A stretch of 64,000 bases of DNA, taken from positions 86,056,001 to 86,120,000 of the forward strand of contig NC_043005.1 of NCBI RefSeq assembly GCF_006345805.1, written 5' to 3'. Below the pieces are notes generated by a model. That model saw nothing but the letters and a program-made list of their open reading frames with translations, did not search any database and was not told where the DNA came from. The position numbers and the translations under genes are program-made. Position 1 is the stretch's first letter. Each line of letters opens with the position of its first letter. This DNA is from Octopus sinensis (Eukaryota). Shown piece by piece: positions 1 through 12,560 of the stretch.

Positions 1-64
1 ACATACACACATATATATATATATATATATATTACACACACGCACACATATATTTCTACGTATG

Positions 65-134
<70 letters not shown>

Positions 135-137
<3 letters not shown>

Positions 138-366
138 CGAACTGGCAGAAACGTTAGCACGCCGGGCGAAATGCGTAGCCGTATTTCGTCTGCCGCTAAG
201 TTTTGAGTTCAAATTCCGCCGGGGTCGACTTTGCCTTTCATCCTTTCGGGGTCGATAAATTAAGTATTAGTTGCGCACTGGGATCGATATAATCGACTTC
301 ATCCGTTTGTCTGTCTTTGTTTGTCCTCTCTGTGTTTAGCCCCTTGTGGGTAGTAAATAAAAAAAT
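135..366 (+). mobile_element. tRNA-derived SINE, family A, with Tx1-like 3' tail
   Basis: A-box-like TGGCAGAAACGTTAG and B-box GAGTTCAAATTCC; body GTCGACTTTGCCTTTCATCCTTTCGGGGTCGATAAA; tail ...GTTTAGCCCCTTGTGGGTAGTAAA; homologous copies at 11406, 28803 and 63032. Confidence 0.88.
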
Positions 367-449
367 ATATATATATACATACCTATATATATGTATATAT
401 ATATATATGTTGTGTGTGTGTGTATGTACGTATGCCTGTGTAACCATGT

Positions 450-636
450 GTTTGTCGTTGGCGATTTTCTTCCTCCGTCTCCCCTTCCTTTGAAATTTCC
501 TCTGTATCTGACGAAGAGCTTAGCTCGAAACGTTGATTCCTTTTTCTTTCCTTTCCTGAGCGTCTGATAATACAGTACTTGTACTACGTACTCGCGTTAT
601 TGCTTTTTTTTCTTGTTTCTTCTTCTTTGTTTGGAT

Positions 637-640
<4 letters not shown>
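450..640 (+). mobile_element. Short Penelope-derived repeat with hammerhead-like motif
   Basis: CTGACGA-A-GAGC-tta-GCTC-GAAACGTT at 508-534; related to minus-strand copies at 12824, 27829 and 60838. Confidence 0.6.
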
Positions 641-714
<74 letters not shown>

Positions 715-718
715 TATG

Positions 719-758
<40 letters not shown>

Positions 759-800
759 CTTACATATATATATACATAATACATTCATATATATATATAT

Positions 801-1294
801 AATAAAAGGCTTCCAAATAAGGAAGCGTAGTGCTAGAAAAACAAAAAAGGGATAAATTCATGAAAGGAATGAAAATTAAAAACATTTACCATCTTAGCTA
901 TATCCCAGACCGAACGGTTTCTACCTATTTGTTAGCAAACACACAGAATATGTTTGCCAGGCCAGTTTCTTCAGTGGGAAGCCTTCGTAATCCTAGACGC
1001 ACAGACTGTTAGAAGCACATGTAGATCTAACGGTTTATATATCCTAACTTTTCAAACCTCTGCGCAGACGCAAATCATACCCGGCGACAAAGAGGATGCC
1101 GGTAAAAAATTTACGAACAAATTTATCAAGCAATATTTAAACATAATCAAATAGGGTAATAAAATAAATTATTATTACCAGTGGCCTAGCACAAAAGACG
1201 AATTAGTCATTAGACTATATATTTTTCGTATAGAAATATAATAAAAGGCTTCCAAATAAGGAAGAGTAGTGCTAGAAACACAAAAAGGGATAAA

Positions 1295-1299
<5 letters not shown>
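801..1299 (-). mobile_element. Penelope pLTR/retrozyme-like unit with ~60-bp terminal direct repeats
   Basis: Direct repeats 801-861 and 1240-1299 (AATAAAAGGCTTCCAAATAAGGAAG...GGATAAATTCAT) enclose a hammerhead motif. Confidence 0.65.
904..978 (-). ncRNA. Type I hammerhead ribozyme
   Basis: Minus strand CCCA-CTGAAGA-(long stem II)-GAAACCGTTCG-GTC-TGGG; stem I CCCA/TGGG, stem III ACCG/CGGT, GUC cleavage triplet. Confidence 0.7.
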
Positions 1300-1372
<73 letters not shown>

Positions 1373-1498
1373 CGGGTGTGTGTGCCTTGGCATGAATGCA
1401 TGTATGTATCTATGAACATATGTTCGTATATATATATCTATACTTATATATATATATATATAAATTAATCAAAATAAAAACATGATGCCAAGGATTCA

Positions 1499-1576
1499 GC
1501 GGTACATATGTTTCGGGCCTTTATTAGACGGATTTATAACAATGCATAATGTATGTCTGTCGCCTTCTTCAGCCGC
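1499..1576 (-). ncRNA. Type I hammerhead ribozyme downstream of the Penelope-like ORF
   Basis: Minus strand GCGG-CTGAAGA-AGGC...GCCC-GAAACATATGTA-CCGC; stem I GCGG/CCGC, palindromic stem III ACATATGT. Confidence 0.6.
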
Positions 1577-2199
1577 GCACAACAACTTCCACAAGGACAT
1601 GTATTACATCAAAAATTCTTGGTTGGGGATGCAAATCCTCTCATTCGCGTACGACATAATGCGGCAACAGCATAAAAATGAAGCGTCCATCTCGTTCTTC
1701 TCTCAATGTAGAATGAGGAAATTTGGATGTTGAAGTAATGTAAATAAATTAATAAATAAATATATACATATATAAATGTATAAATGCAGTCAGACGTGAA
1801 GGAACCTGGTAATAAGAGTAAATAGAGATAAAGATGGAGGGGCGAGAATTCAGGACGAAGGTTAAAAAATATATAAAAAGTGTAAGTATAGAAAAATATA
1901 AAAATGTAGAGTATAAAGATATAAAGAGATATAAAAAATATTTAAAAAATAAATGAATATAAAGGTATAAAGTTATAAAAACAAAAATAGAAATAAAAAT
2001 AATAAAAAATGTAAAAGAATATAAGGATACGGGATATATAGTAGTTACGGACCAAACATGGTGGTCAGGGAAATGACAAATTCTGGTTGTAGAAGTCTTG
2101 GGTGTCATAAATCAACAGGGGACTTAGTGTATTGTAAATCAGAGTTGTTGAGCAGCTTATCTAGTTCCTCTAGTTCTTCGTAACGTATTAAGTGGTCAT

Positions 2200-2722
2200 C
2201 TTGTACATACGTACCCGCATGGATACATACACCCATATACACGCGCACATATATGCACGCATATCCAGCCACAAGCATATAAGCATACATACGTACTCAC
2301 GTGTAAACATATACAGATACACATATACACACACACATGCGCATATATATATACACACAACAGAATATGCATATATATACACGGACAATATATATGTACA
2401 TATACATATACACACACACACACACACACATGCGTATATACATATATATATATACACATACACATATGCATACATATATATGCACATGTATACATATACA
2501 TACATACACATATACATACACACACGTATATATATACTCACACCCATGCCCACACACGCACATATATATGTGTGCATACATGCACACCCACGTGTGCATA
2601 CATACACGCATACATACATACACACGGACCCACGCGCACGTATCCACACGCACACACACACACATCTGTGTGTCTATATGCGCATACCCTTACATACACA
2701 TACACAGATGCCCACACATACA
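2200..2722. repeat. Degenerate (CA/TA)n low-complexity tract
   Basis: Mixed CA/TA/CG dinucleotide tract; overlapping ORFs are low-complexity artefacts. Confidence 0.9.
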
Positions 2723-3260
2723 GGTATAGAAATAAGATACTAAAAGATGTATAAAAATTAGAAATGAAGTATAAAAATTAAGTATAAAAATTATAAAAAC
2801 TATAAAAATTATAAAAATTAAAATAAAGAATGAAAATAAAAATAAAAATAAGAATAAAGGTAAAGCAAAATAAAATAGGATAAAATAAAATAAAAATATA
2901 ATCGGGTAAAGCTTAACATGAGATGAAGTTAAAAATAAAAGGTGGTTGAAAGTGTAAAGTTAAAGGTGTGTGCTAAAGGTGACCACGTAGGGGTGGGCGG
3001 GGGGAACTGAAAATTGGAAGGGTGGGAAGCGGGGTTTGGTGGTGTGCGCTCAACATCAGAGTTAGAGATGGGAAAAGGTATAGATGTAGGGAAACAAAAA
3101 ATCTAGATAGGAAGAATGTAGGTGTAGGAGAAGAAAAAACATATATGGGAGACAAAATGTGTATATATAGGAAAATATATATATAGGAAAACGGGATGCG
3201 CTGGAGCCAACAGGTTGCACCGGGAGGGGGAAAATTGCATGGGGGAGCTGGTATAATAGC

Positions 3261-4235
3261 CTAAGCTTTGTAGTATTTGAAAGTATTAATAAGTTTGTGT
3301 ATACAGGATGGTTTGAACTCTGACCTTTTGTTAATAAGATTGTGTTTCTCCTTGAATTTCAAGATATTCAGGAGTTCTACACAACATAGTTGGCATCCTG
3401 CTCTATTGTTTAAATAAGGTGCAGCTGATCCGATGATGGACCACCTGAGTTTGAAACCTATGCTTTTGTCTTTTAATTCCCAATTTTTTTTAGAAAGGGA
3501 GGTGCTGTTAGCTTTATGCCTATGCTTAAGCGAGGACCGGTGGTTGTAGTATCTAGATTTCCAGGAGGTCGAGCAACCTATGTAGGTGAGTGTGTTAAAC
3601 TGGGTACTCACCTCACATGAATAGATTACGTTTCTCGCCCTACATGCACCACGTAGTGGACACTCGGGTGCACATATGCAGTTGCAGTGCATTGCATTTC
3701 CTGGTCGTGTGCTGTTAATCCCAGGCGGATGTGTTGCATTACGTGTAGGGGCGCTGTTATCCTCCTGGTTGTTGATGGGTGTGGTATTGCCTCTGTTGTG
3801 TTGGCGGGTGTTATTACTAAATGTTTGGGTATTATAGCTGCCAGCCCGATTATATTGTCTATTGTCTGGATGAATGGGGTTCGATTGGTTGTTATAGCTT
3901 GCTCTTAATCTAGCTGTTCTGATGTTAATATAGTTATGTTTAGCTATGAGGCAGCTCATGTTGGGCAGGGTAGAGTAGGAGATCCTAATGGTTTTGTTGG
4001 AGAATATACTTCTATACTTATGGGTGGGTGGGAAGTTGTTGGAAATGATAGAGAATATTCTCTTACATAATTTACCCCTAACTGCTAAGTTGTATGGTAT
4101 GTTGTACCATATATATTTGCGTAATCTGCTGTTTCCGCCTCTGTTTCTCCTAATATGATCTATATTGCTCTCGTCGGGAGGGTTATCATTGTGTACTATT
4201 CTATTAGTTCGCCTTTTTCCTATACGTTGCTTAGA
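3261..4235 (-). mobile_element. 5'-truncated Penelope-like element (Naiad-type): RT thumb, linker and GIY-YIG endonuclease
   Basis: ORF 3261-4346 has IWYNIPY...FPPTHKYRSIF...ISYSTLPN, CNCxxxxxCPLRGAC, VIYSC...TYIG...RYYNH, LSKKNWELK, CQLC, LINKRSE; the ORF start lies in a microsatellite, so the element begins near 4235. Confidence 0.88.
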
Positions 4236-5159
4236 AGTTAAATTATGTATATATATACATATATACATGTATATATATATACATATATACATATATATAT
4301 ACATATATATATATGTGTGTGTGTGTGTGTGTATGTATGCATGCAAGTATGTAGATATATATCAATCACAGCTTTATCTGTTTGAGGTTGTAGAATTCAA
4401 TTGCATATCCGTTATGAAAAACATGTTCACCATCACATACGAATTACGTTGCTGCATACAGTTTATAAAGACTTGTTAAATTTAAAAATTGAATCTGTGA
4501 AACAAATTTGGGAAGTTACTATTTTGATGTGGATTCCTGAAAGTGGGCGGCCTTTAGCAATTATGAATGATGGAACTACTCACTCAACGGAAGAATTGCT
4601 GCTCAAAGATCAAAACATTTCTGTCATATGGAATATTGTCCATAGGCCGTAATATTGTACAACCCATTTTGCTTGTTCATCTAGGCATGCAAAAAGTGCA
4701 TGCTAAATGAGTGCTACAAATTTTGTTAGCAGAACAAAAGAATAATCGAGTTGATTTTTTTCACAGGAATGCTTGGGCTTCTTGTTGCAGAAATTGAATT
4801 ATATGAATGTGTGTTCATTGGAGATAAAACGGGGAACAAGTGATACTCTAAAGAATGAAGATGTCCAAATAGTCCTTCAGCAAATAGAGTCCTGTATAAC
4901 AAGAATTTATTAGGAGAAATCGATGTTAGTTCTGAAGGATGAGGAAGATTTGCCATTAATATGCAACTTACCTAAGAGTGTATCCAGTGTATATACAAAT
5001 CCCACAATGGAGGCTTTACGAGTTATTTTGCATCACTTGAAATAAAAGATCGCACGACATCTCACCATACATACTTACAAAAGGAAGCAGTATTTAATAT
5101 GTTGGCGTTAATGATGTTAATATACGAGTTTCTCCGACTGGAGAATTTTTTATGTCATA

Positions 5160-5721
5160 TACACAGATATGCAGGAAGTAAATAGACACCTTTAATTTTC
5201 AAAAATTGGTTGAAGATGTTTTCTTCTAGCTGCTCGTCCATAATACCCAAGGTTATGCAGATATGTAACACACGTTCTTGGACTAACTTCTAGCTATTTT
5301 TCAATGTCACAAGTCTTCGAACTTGGTTCGTTTTCCATAATTCTCTTCAAATAGCAAAGCTTCCTTTCTGAGGGCCCAGGTCGGCCGGGACGAGAATCTG
5401 TGGATTCTTTCCTTGGCATTTTAATTACACTATAATTCTATTAACAATAGCAAGAGGAATTTGAAGATTTTCGGCAATTTTTCGTTGGCCAAGTCCAGGC
5501 TCAGATTGCCCAACAATACGACCTCTTTGAAAATCTGACAGTTCTGCTGAAGTTTTTGTACGTGGCATGGTTACTCTTCGCAAATGTTTAATATTATGGT
5601 ACCTGGAATAAAAAAAGAATAATTACATTGTAAATTCTACACCGCTGAAAATATATTGAGATGCTTAGATGAGAAATTTTGAAAATTATATGTGTCTATT
5701 TCCTTCCTGCATGTGTGTGTA
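5160..5721 (-). mobile_element. Internally deleted Tc1-like DNA transposon
   Basis: ~28-bp TIRs CACAGATATGCAGGAAGTAAATAGACAC / GTGTCTATTTCCTTCCTGCATGTGTGTG with flanking TA; decayed N-terminal [23 protein letters not shown]...[11 protein letters not shown] from 5568. Confidence 0.85.
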
Positions 5722-5964
5722 TACTTAAATTGGGCAGTCATAAAATAATACAACGTTCACAATAGCGACTATTTTAATGTGAGGATTTTAACATGTGCCA
5801 AAGAAAATCCGAAAGTAAAGTGACTTTTAGGGATAGTATTATAAATATGATTAACCAAACGCTCACTGATGATTACGTGATGCATCAGGTTGCTCTAAAA
5901 GATTCTGGCATTTTACTGCCAGATTTCCGTCAATAATTTTCCGAAATCATATATTTAATACATA

Positions 5965-6428
5965 TCACCATCATTGTTCGACCGTGGTCGAGACAATGGA
6001 ATTTACTATGCTACGCCAGACTTCACGGCCCATCATAGCATTACGGAGGTCCTGTTGCTGGATTCCTGTATCCCTGGATATTAGATCAGGGTAGGAGAGT
6101 GTGCACCCTCTGATATCGCCAGTAGATGGCTTCCAGAGGAGAAGAGTAGAAATTACCTCGTTTTCAGCTCTACAACAATGTCCAGCAAACTGGACTCTCC
6201 TACCTTTCACAAGAGATGATACAGGTGGTAGTTTCCCATATATTTGTACTTTGGTTGGATGAGGCTTCCACGAGAGATTTTGAGCTCTCATAAGGAGGCG
6301 AGTGTAAGTTCCATCCAACCGCCTCTCAAGCTTCTTTGATAACGTCCAGGTTTCTGAGCCATATAGTAGAATTGGTTCGACTGTGGCTTTGAAGATTTTA
6401 AGTTTGAAATCTCTACTTAGATTTGATG
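5965..6428 (-). mobile_element. 3' fragment of an RTE-group LINE (RT C-terminus)
   Basis: KLKIFKATVEPILLYGSETWTLSKKLERRLDGTYTRLL...RRVQFAGHC...LLLWKP; 20-bp perfect foldback at the 5' junction. Confidence 0.85.
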
Positions 6429-7163
6429 ACCATCAAATCTAAGTAGAGATGTAATACATAATTGCTTCCCTGTGACACAAAGAAGTGATGAAGAAGAAAA
6501 TTACACCATGCCCGTATTAAAAAATATTTTAAACAAATACATGTTATTAATATGATGATGTTCGTCTGAAAGTAAACGAATTATTTTAAATAAAATACAA
6601 GACACTTCCATAAAGTCACATTTGCATTCTGGGTATTTCTTCCACGCGCTAGTGATTTTTGGTGGTCACATTTGCTTTTAAGATCGTTTAATCTTCTCAG
6701 TACACATTACTTTTTGTCAATGGTAATATCCCGTAAACAACCTGTAGCTTTCTCTGAATGTCTGATAACTTCTACCCCTTCTTCATCAGAAAGCAGTGAC
6801 GGATTGTTTTTGCTGGAATCTGACTACTTGACCGCAGTGTAGAAAAACGAGAAGAGCAGATACTATCGAAGGAGATTTACTCTACCAGTATGTGAAATGT
6901 GAACGACTCATGATAATAACAAAAGTGCTATACTAACTTTCGCATTACTTCCTGCAGACCGTTTTATAAATATAAGTCATGAATTCCTAAAGATGATTTA
7001 AAAATATAAATAGGTTATTGGTTATGCTTCTAGCACTCCTCATGAATCATGGGACAACACTTATTGATGAATTCACTATAAAGTAAACTACGGAACTGAA
7101 TTTTGGACACGTAAGTATTCAATAATGGAATAACAGATGATGTGTTGAAAACAACGGGACATA

Positions 7164-7550
7164 TCATATGTATATATATAAAGCTGAAGTTGTCTGTGTA
7201 TGGCAGGTTTGGTAGCCTTCAACTAAAACTATCTCCTCCGAGACCCTGCAGCGCAAGTTGACCAAAATTGAGAGAATGATAGAAGAAGGTTTGCACTTCC
7301 TTCCGTAGAAGAAACAATTTCAAATCGGACCATGTTAACACTAAAAATTATTTACACCAAAAAGGTGCTTTTTATCTATGAAAATCCCTATTTTTTTACG
7401 ATTTTTTGACTGTTGTATCGCCATTTTTCGGTGTATTTCAACCAGAAAAATGTTCAATTAAAGAAAATAACAATGCAGAATTTTACTTTTCAAGAATTCC
7501 AATTCTAAAGGGTCGAAACAAACCCTAGCAACGCCGGGCGATACTGCTAG
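7164..7550 (+). mobile_element. Non-autonomous Helitron-like element
   Basis: 5' (TC)...TATATATAAAGCTGAAG; 3' GC-rich subterminal GCAACGCCGGGCGATACTG followed by CTAG|T. Confidence 0.65.
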
Positions 7551-8529
7551 TAATATATATAAATGAAACGCTTGAATTATCACAATTATGCTGGGACTCA
7601 TTTCTAGCGACATATTCTGAATGCATGCCTTACGTCAATCGTGATTTGAGAATATAGCACTCATGGATTTGCGAATATGCAAGGTAACAATTTAAATAAT
7701 TAATGGATACAACGGTAGGAACATTCACAAAGAAATTCAGTTTCGAGAGTTAGACAGAAAAATATATTTGGACCAGTTGACAAAATATCAAAATGTAAAA
7801 CATGAAAAACGAATTGATGGATTCTTAGATATACTCACGTTATTAAGAGGCTGCCATCACAAAGGTCTATGTTAAATTGTTACACTTGTTTGGCTAATTA
7901 ACTTTAAATTAAAAATTCTAAACTAAATTGAGAACTCTATGCACTTAGGCAGATGTAAGACTGACATGTACATAGATCTGTCACCAATCAGCAATTTAAT
8001 ACAGTGAACAGCACAGTAACCAACGCCATCTTGTTTTAAATGAGACCTTTGGTAGTTTACAGTGAGAAATAGATTTTCATATTTTAAAAATTCGTCCTTC
8101 TAAAGCTTAGTATATACATCGTTTAATGTTATCAGCGCATGTCCATAATACACGAACATTCTAGAAATTCAATGACACACTAATACCCAGGAAAAGTAAG
8201 GCAAGAGAAATTACAGGAATATGTACTTAGTTATGGCGAGAATCGAAATCCTGACCTCGCGATCGTATGTGCAACGCACTCACCACTAGGCCATGCACCC
8301 ATAAATTACATACATAATTTATATAAATTACTTACTTAAATATGTAATTTAATTCCATATATTGTACAGGTGCCAGAATATTTTCCTTGGGTGTAAGATG
8401 GGCACAGCCTACATATTCCGTATCACGGGTTCCACGACGGATTATAACGTCTCTACTTCCGGAATGTCTATACATTTTAACTTCTCACAAACATTAAATA
8501 TAATGATTTCATTAAATAAAATGATTTAG

Positions 8530-8715
8530 GCCAGCAATTCCGAGTTTTCAAGTCAAATATATCGACTCCAGTGCTCAACCGTTTCTTATTGTATCGGCTC
8601 CGAAAGAATGACAGGCAATGTGGGTTAGGGGGATTTTAATGTGTCAACGTAACCTCGGGGGAATTTAATCTGAGAACGCAAATACAGAATTTTGTCCGGC
8701 GTGCTCGTGGTCTTA
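8530..8715 (-). mobile_element. Degraded SINE family A copy
   Basis: Recognisable remnants (ATCGACTCCAGTGCTCAAC, GAATTTAATCTGAGAACG). Confidence 0.5.
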
Positions 8716-8760
8716 CAATCTTTAAATACATGAACATCCTGTAATTTTCTAGAATTTTAT

Positions 8761-9143
8761 TACAGGGTGATTCAAAAGTCTCCATACATAGAAAAAACTT
8801 ATTTGTTTTTATAAGAAACAGTTTATAAGATCCTCTAGATCCCCTGATCTGACCCCTCTTGATTTCTATCTTTGGGGGTATTTGAAAGGGAAGGTGTGTC
8901 GCGTAAAGATAAAAGACCTAAATCATTTGAAGGAAAGCATCACCAACTCCTTTGCACACGTATCACCAGATGGTGCTATTACAAGTTCACAATGAGTTGG
9001 GTCAACGTAATGCAATGTGTATTCAAAACAATGGTAACCATATAGAGTCTGTTAAATAAAAGAAAAAAAACTGTCCTTATAAATTATTTCTTACAAAAAA
9101 GATAAATTCTTCCTATGTATGGCGACTTTTCAATCACGCTGTA
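8761..9143 (+). mobile_element. Non-autonomous Tc1/mariner-superfamily element
   Basis: TIRs TA-CAGGGTGATTCAAAAGTCTCCATACATA / TATGTATGGCGACTTTTCAATCACGCTG-TA; transposase remnant RSPDLTPLDFYLWGYLKGKV. Confidence 0.87.
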
Positions 9144-10133
9144 TAATTGCTGACGACGAATGCCGTCGCAGAGTTCTCTGGATTGCTAAAACTTGTAAAC
9201 ATGTTACTCAAGTTGCAAATTTATTATTACTGCGGTGTTTTGTTAAGTATAATCGTGGGAATCATTCCTGTGCGGGAAGTGCTAGAGATAATGAGATGCA
9301 TAAATCAGTTGGGAATTTAAAAGAGTAAATTCACAATTAATGGATGTTTTCGTCAAGAAAGATGGCGTAATTGTCTCTGTTTATCTATTTTTACATGGGA
9401 GGTGGTCATCGTCGTGTGATGGACTGACTGATAATTTTGACTAAGCATGTACTGAAAGATAATCTTGAATAAACATGTACTTTATGTTCTGTTGAATCAG
9501 AGAGAGAGGGGGGGAGAAGAAGAAAGAGAGATGGCAAGAGAGAGCCGAAAAAGGAGAAAGGATGATAAAGAGAGAGAGAGGAGCGTAGAGATACTAAGAG
9601 TTGTTACGGAGATTCAGAGAGATGATTGAAAGAGATTGTGCGCGCAACAAGACACTAAAAGTTAGATATTGACGGCATGGGGAAACAGCCAGTCAGAGTT
9701 CAAGTGGCATCAAAGTATGGTCAGTGTGTGATTTATTCTTAAGGTCAAAGAATAGAAGACATCGATTACGAATCCTTTCGTGTAATGCTTGAATACAACA
9801 ATGTGAGATAAATAGTCCAATATCAATAGGAAATCTGTTTTGATACCTTGCTGCGAATAACACAAGGATATCCTGTCACAGTGAATATGATCTTGATAAA
9901 CTACATTGTTACAATAGTTCGTAGAGAGGCAAAACTGACACATTGCCGAACAACCGCCTGATTAATTTGGCGTTCAAATTCACTTCAGTAATATTTTCTG
10001 GTAAGAAAACAAGGACTACCACTCATCCAACTCCCTAGTTTAAAGAAATGAGCGACTGGTTCTTATATATATATATATATTAAAAGACACTAATTGTTTT
10101 TTACTTAATGTATATTTACTGTTTGCATAGTAC

Positions 10134-10430
10134 TGTGGACTAGTGGTTAGAGTAGCGGATTCGCGGCTGAGGGATCGCGGGTTCGAATATCAGACTGGGC
10201 GATGTGTGTGCTTCTGAGCGAAACACCTAAGCTCCACGCGGCTCAGGCAGAAGGGAATGGCGAACCTCTGCTAACCCTTTCTCTACAAATAACTTTATCT
10301 CACTCTTTCTTCCTGCATTTAGCAGCTCACCACTTACGGACTGGTGTCCCGCCCTGGTGGGGAGCCTATACGCCACTGAGACTGGGAAACCCGCGCTTGT
10401 GAACCAGGTATGGTTCGAGAAACAAAAACC
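10134..10430 (+). mobile_element. tRNA(Arg)-like SINE, family B
   Basis: TAGTGGTTAGAGTAGCGGATTCGCGG...GGTTCGAAT head, then GAGCGAAACACCTAAGCTCC shared with 41002, 45040 and 52781. Confidence 0.8.
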
Positions 10431-10467
10431 AACGACCAATGGTACCAAAAAACCGTAAAGAAGTACC

Positions 10468-10745
10468 ATTTGTTGGATGTTGGAGTGGTGTCCTCATCTT
10501 GATTGTTGCTTTCACTATGTTTCGGTTGTTTTACGCTCCAGCCTTCATCAATCTGACACTGCCTACGAGCATAGCGTAATATATGAAGGCTCTGAAATGC
10601 AGTACAGTAATCTAGAGGTTCTAAGTTCAATCTCGGGCAAGGAACCATGGTGAACTACAAGACACCTAAAAAAGGCTGGAGCGTATGCAGCTGAAACGTA
10701 ATGAAAAGTGCAATGAAAACGAGGAAACTAATCCGACTAATCCCT
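10468..10745. mobile_element. Degraded inverted hammerhead-bearing Penelope-derived repeat
   Basis: Inverted arms ...TTTCGGTTG...CTCCAGCCTTCATCA and GACACC...AAGGCTGGAGCG...GCTGAAACG; same family as 11013-11392. Confidence 0.6.
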
Positions 10746-10980
10746 CATCTCAGAAATATACAATTGTAGTGTCCTCATTGTTGATGGCTTTTGCTACTTT
10801 AGCAATAAATACAACGGAGACTAGAATGTAGAGTACAGTTTCAGATGACCGGTTCTCTACATGCAAAGACGATGGGTTCTCTACATTTTAAGATGCACTA
10901 GTTTCCTACTTAATGTAGTATATACTTAGCATTTGATTAGTATCATACTCGTGTTGATATGTTTGCTAAACAACAAATAT

Positions 10981-11184
10981 TTCTTTCTGTATTTAAGAGA
11001 TGATGAATTACGTACGTTATTTACATTTGACGGATATTTGTCCTCATCTTGTTTGTTGTTAACACAACGTTTCAGCCGCTATACCCTCCAGCCTTCATCG
11101 GGTATCTTGGGGTTAAGGGCGCGGGCTACTAACCTCAAGATTCCGAGTTTGATTCCAGGAAGTGACCTGAATAATAGTAATAAC

Positions 11185-11236
<52 letters not shown>

Positions 11237-11392
11237 TTAACATTAATAATAATAATAGCATCGAAAAATACCTTAGGAATGAGAATCCAGGTCCGAAATT
11301 TCCCCAAGACACCTGATGAAGGCTGGTGGGTATATCAGCCGAAACGTTGTGTAAACGTTGAGGACAAATATCCGTCAAATGTAAATAATGTA
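10981..11392 (+). mobile_element. Penelope-derived non-autonomous element: inverted arm, tRNA-like segment, (AAT)n and hammerhead tail
   Basis: Arm 11013-11112 is the reverse complement of 11302-11392; tRNA-like GGTTAAGGGCGCGGGCTACTAAC...GAGTTTGATTCC at 11111-11160; flanked by AACAAATAT on both sides. Confidence 0.7.
11309..11352 (+). ncRNA. Minimal type I hammerhead ribozyme
   Basis: ACAC-CTGATGA-A-GGCTG...CAGCC-GAAACGTT-GTGT; stem I ACAC/GTGT; second copy near 13981. Confidence 0.7.
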
Positions 11393-11405
11393 AACAAATA
11401 TATCG

Positions 11406-11623
11406 TTTTCTACTCAAGGCAGAAGGACCGAAATTATGGGGGGAGCGGGTCAGTCGATTAGATTGACCCCAGTACGCAACTGGTAGTTAGTTTATCGACC
11501 CCGAAAGGATGAAAGGCAAAGTCGACGTCGGCGGAATTTGAACTCAGAACGTAACGGCAGACGAAATACGGCTACGCATTTCGCCCGGTGTGCTAACGTT
11601 TCTGCCAGCTCACCACCTTAAGC
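11406..11623 (-). mobile_element. SINE family A with alternative (non-Tx1) tail and 13-bp TSD
   Basis: Full head and body; tail ...CCCCATAATTTCGGTCCTTCTGCCTTGAGTAGAAAA; TSD AACAAATATATCG at 11393-11405 and 11624-11636. Confidence 0.9.
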
Positions 11624-11818
11624 AACAAATATATCGGTGATTTTCATATAAACTAAAGCGTCATCCATAATATTTAGATATTATTTTGCTGCATAAAAGT
11701 GTGAAAAAATTAATACAAATCTATCGCTTCATTGAAATTAATGATTTGTGATAGGAGGGATTAACAGATAAGCAGATCAAAGCGCATGTTAAGTAGCAGT
11801 ATTTAGTTATTATATATA

Positions 11819-12214
11819 CTCTTTTACTTGTTTCAGTCATTTGACTGCACCATGCTGGAGCACCGCCTTTAGTCGAGCCAATCGACCCCGGGACTTATTC
11901 TTTGTAAGCCCAGTACTTATTCTATCGGTCTCTTTTGCCGAACCGCTAAGTGACGGGGACGTAAACACACCAGCATTGGTTGTCAAGCAATGCTAGGGGG
12001 ACAAACACAGACACACAAACATATACACACACATATATATATGCATATATATGACAGGCTTCTTTCAGTTTCCGTCTACCAAATCCACTCACAAGGCATT
12101 GGTCGGCCCGGGCTATAGCAGAGGACACTTGCCCAAGATGCCACGCAGTGGGACTGAACCCGGAACCATGTGGTTGGTTAGCAAGCTACTTACCACACAG
12201 CCACTCCTGCGCCT
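11819..12214 (-). mobile_element. tRNA-derived SINE, family C (internal microsatellite, CR1-like tail)
   Basis: Head AGGCGCAGGAGTGGCTGTGTGGTAAGTAGCTTGC...GGGTTCAGTCCC; tail GGCGGTGCTCCAGCATGG...GACTGAAACAAGTAAAAGAG; multiple copies in the window. Confidence 0.88.
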
Positions 12215-12357
12215 TTCTTCGTTCAAATCTGCCACCACTCAGTTTTCCGATGCCCCAATCCGTAGACTATAAAATATCAGTCATAAGCTCACCCCAAAAT
12301 TCTTGACATCGTACCTATATGACACCTCCTTCTAAAGGTTATATCCCTTATTGATAT

Positions 12358-12560
12358 CAAGGCAGCGAAATGGCAGAACCGTTAACACGCTGGGTAACAT
12401 GCTTAGCGGCATTTAGTCGGTCTTTACGTTCTAAGTTCAATTCCTCCGAAGTTGACGTTACATTCCAACCATTCTGTCTGTAAATAAGTACCATTTGAGC
12501 ATTAGGGTCGATGTAATCATCTTAATTCATTCCACGAAAATGCTGGCCAAAATTTGATTC
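12358..12560 (+). mobile_element. Degraded SINE family A copy
   Basis: AAGGCAGCGAAATGGCAGAACCGTTAAC...AAGTTCAATTCC...GGGTCGATGTAATC. Confidence 0.65.

Noticed and set aside
584-855. Many ORFs rich in YI, HT, poly-I, poly-N, poly-S or poly-R here and across the window
   Set aside because: They are translations of (TA)n, (CA)n, (AAT)n, (AGT)n and (AAG)n microsatellites.
3261-4235. Selenoprotein-type Naiad element
   Set aside because: Some Naiads recode UGA, but this ORF has no in-frame TGA (all Cys positions are sense codons), and I cannot support a SECIS.
4360-5000. Coding-like decayed sequence
   Set aside because: Multiple stops and no assignable motif.
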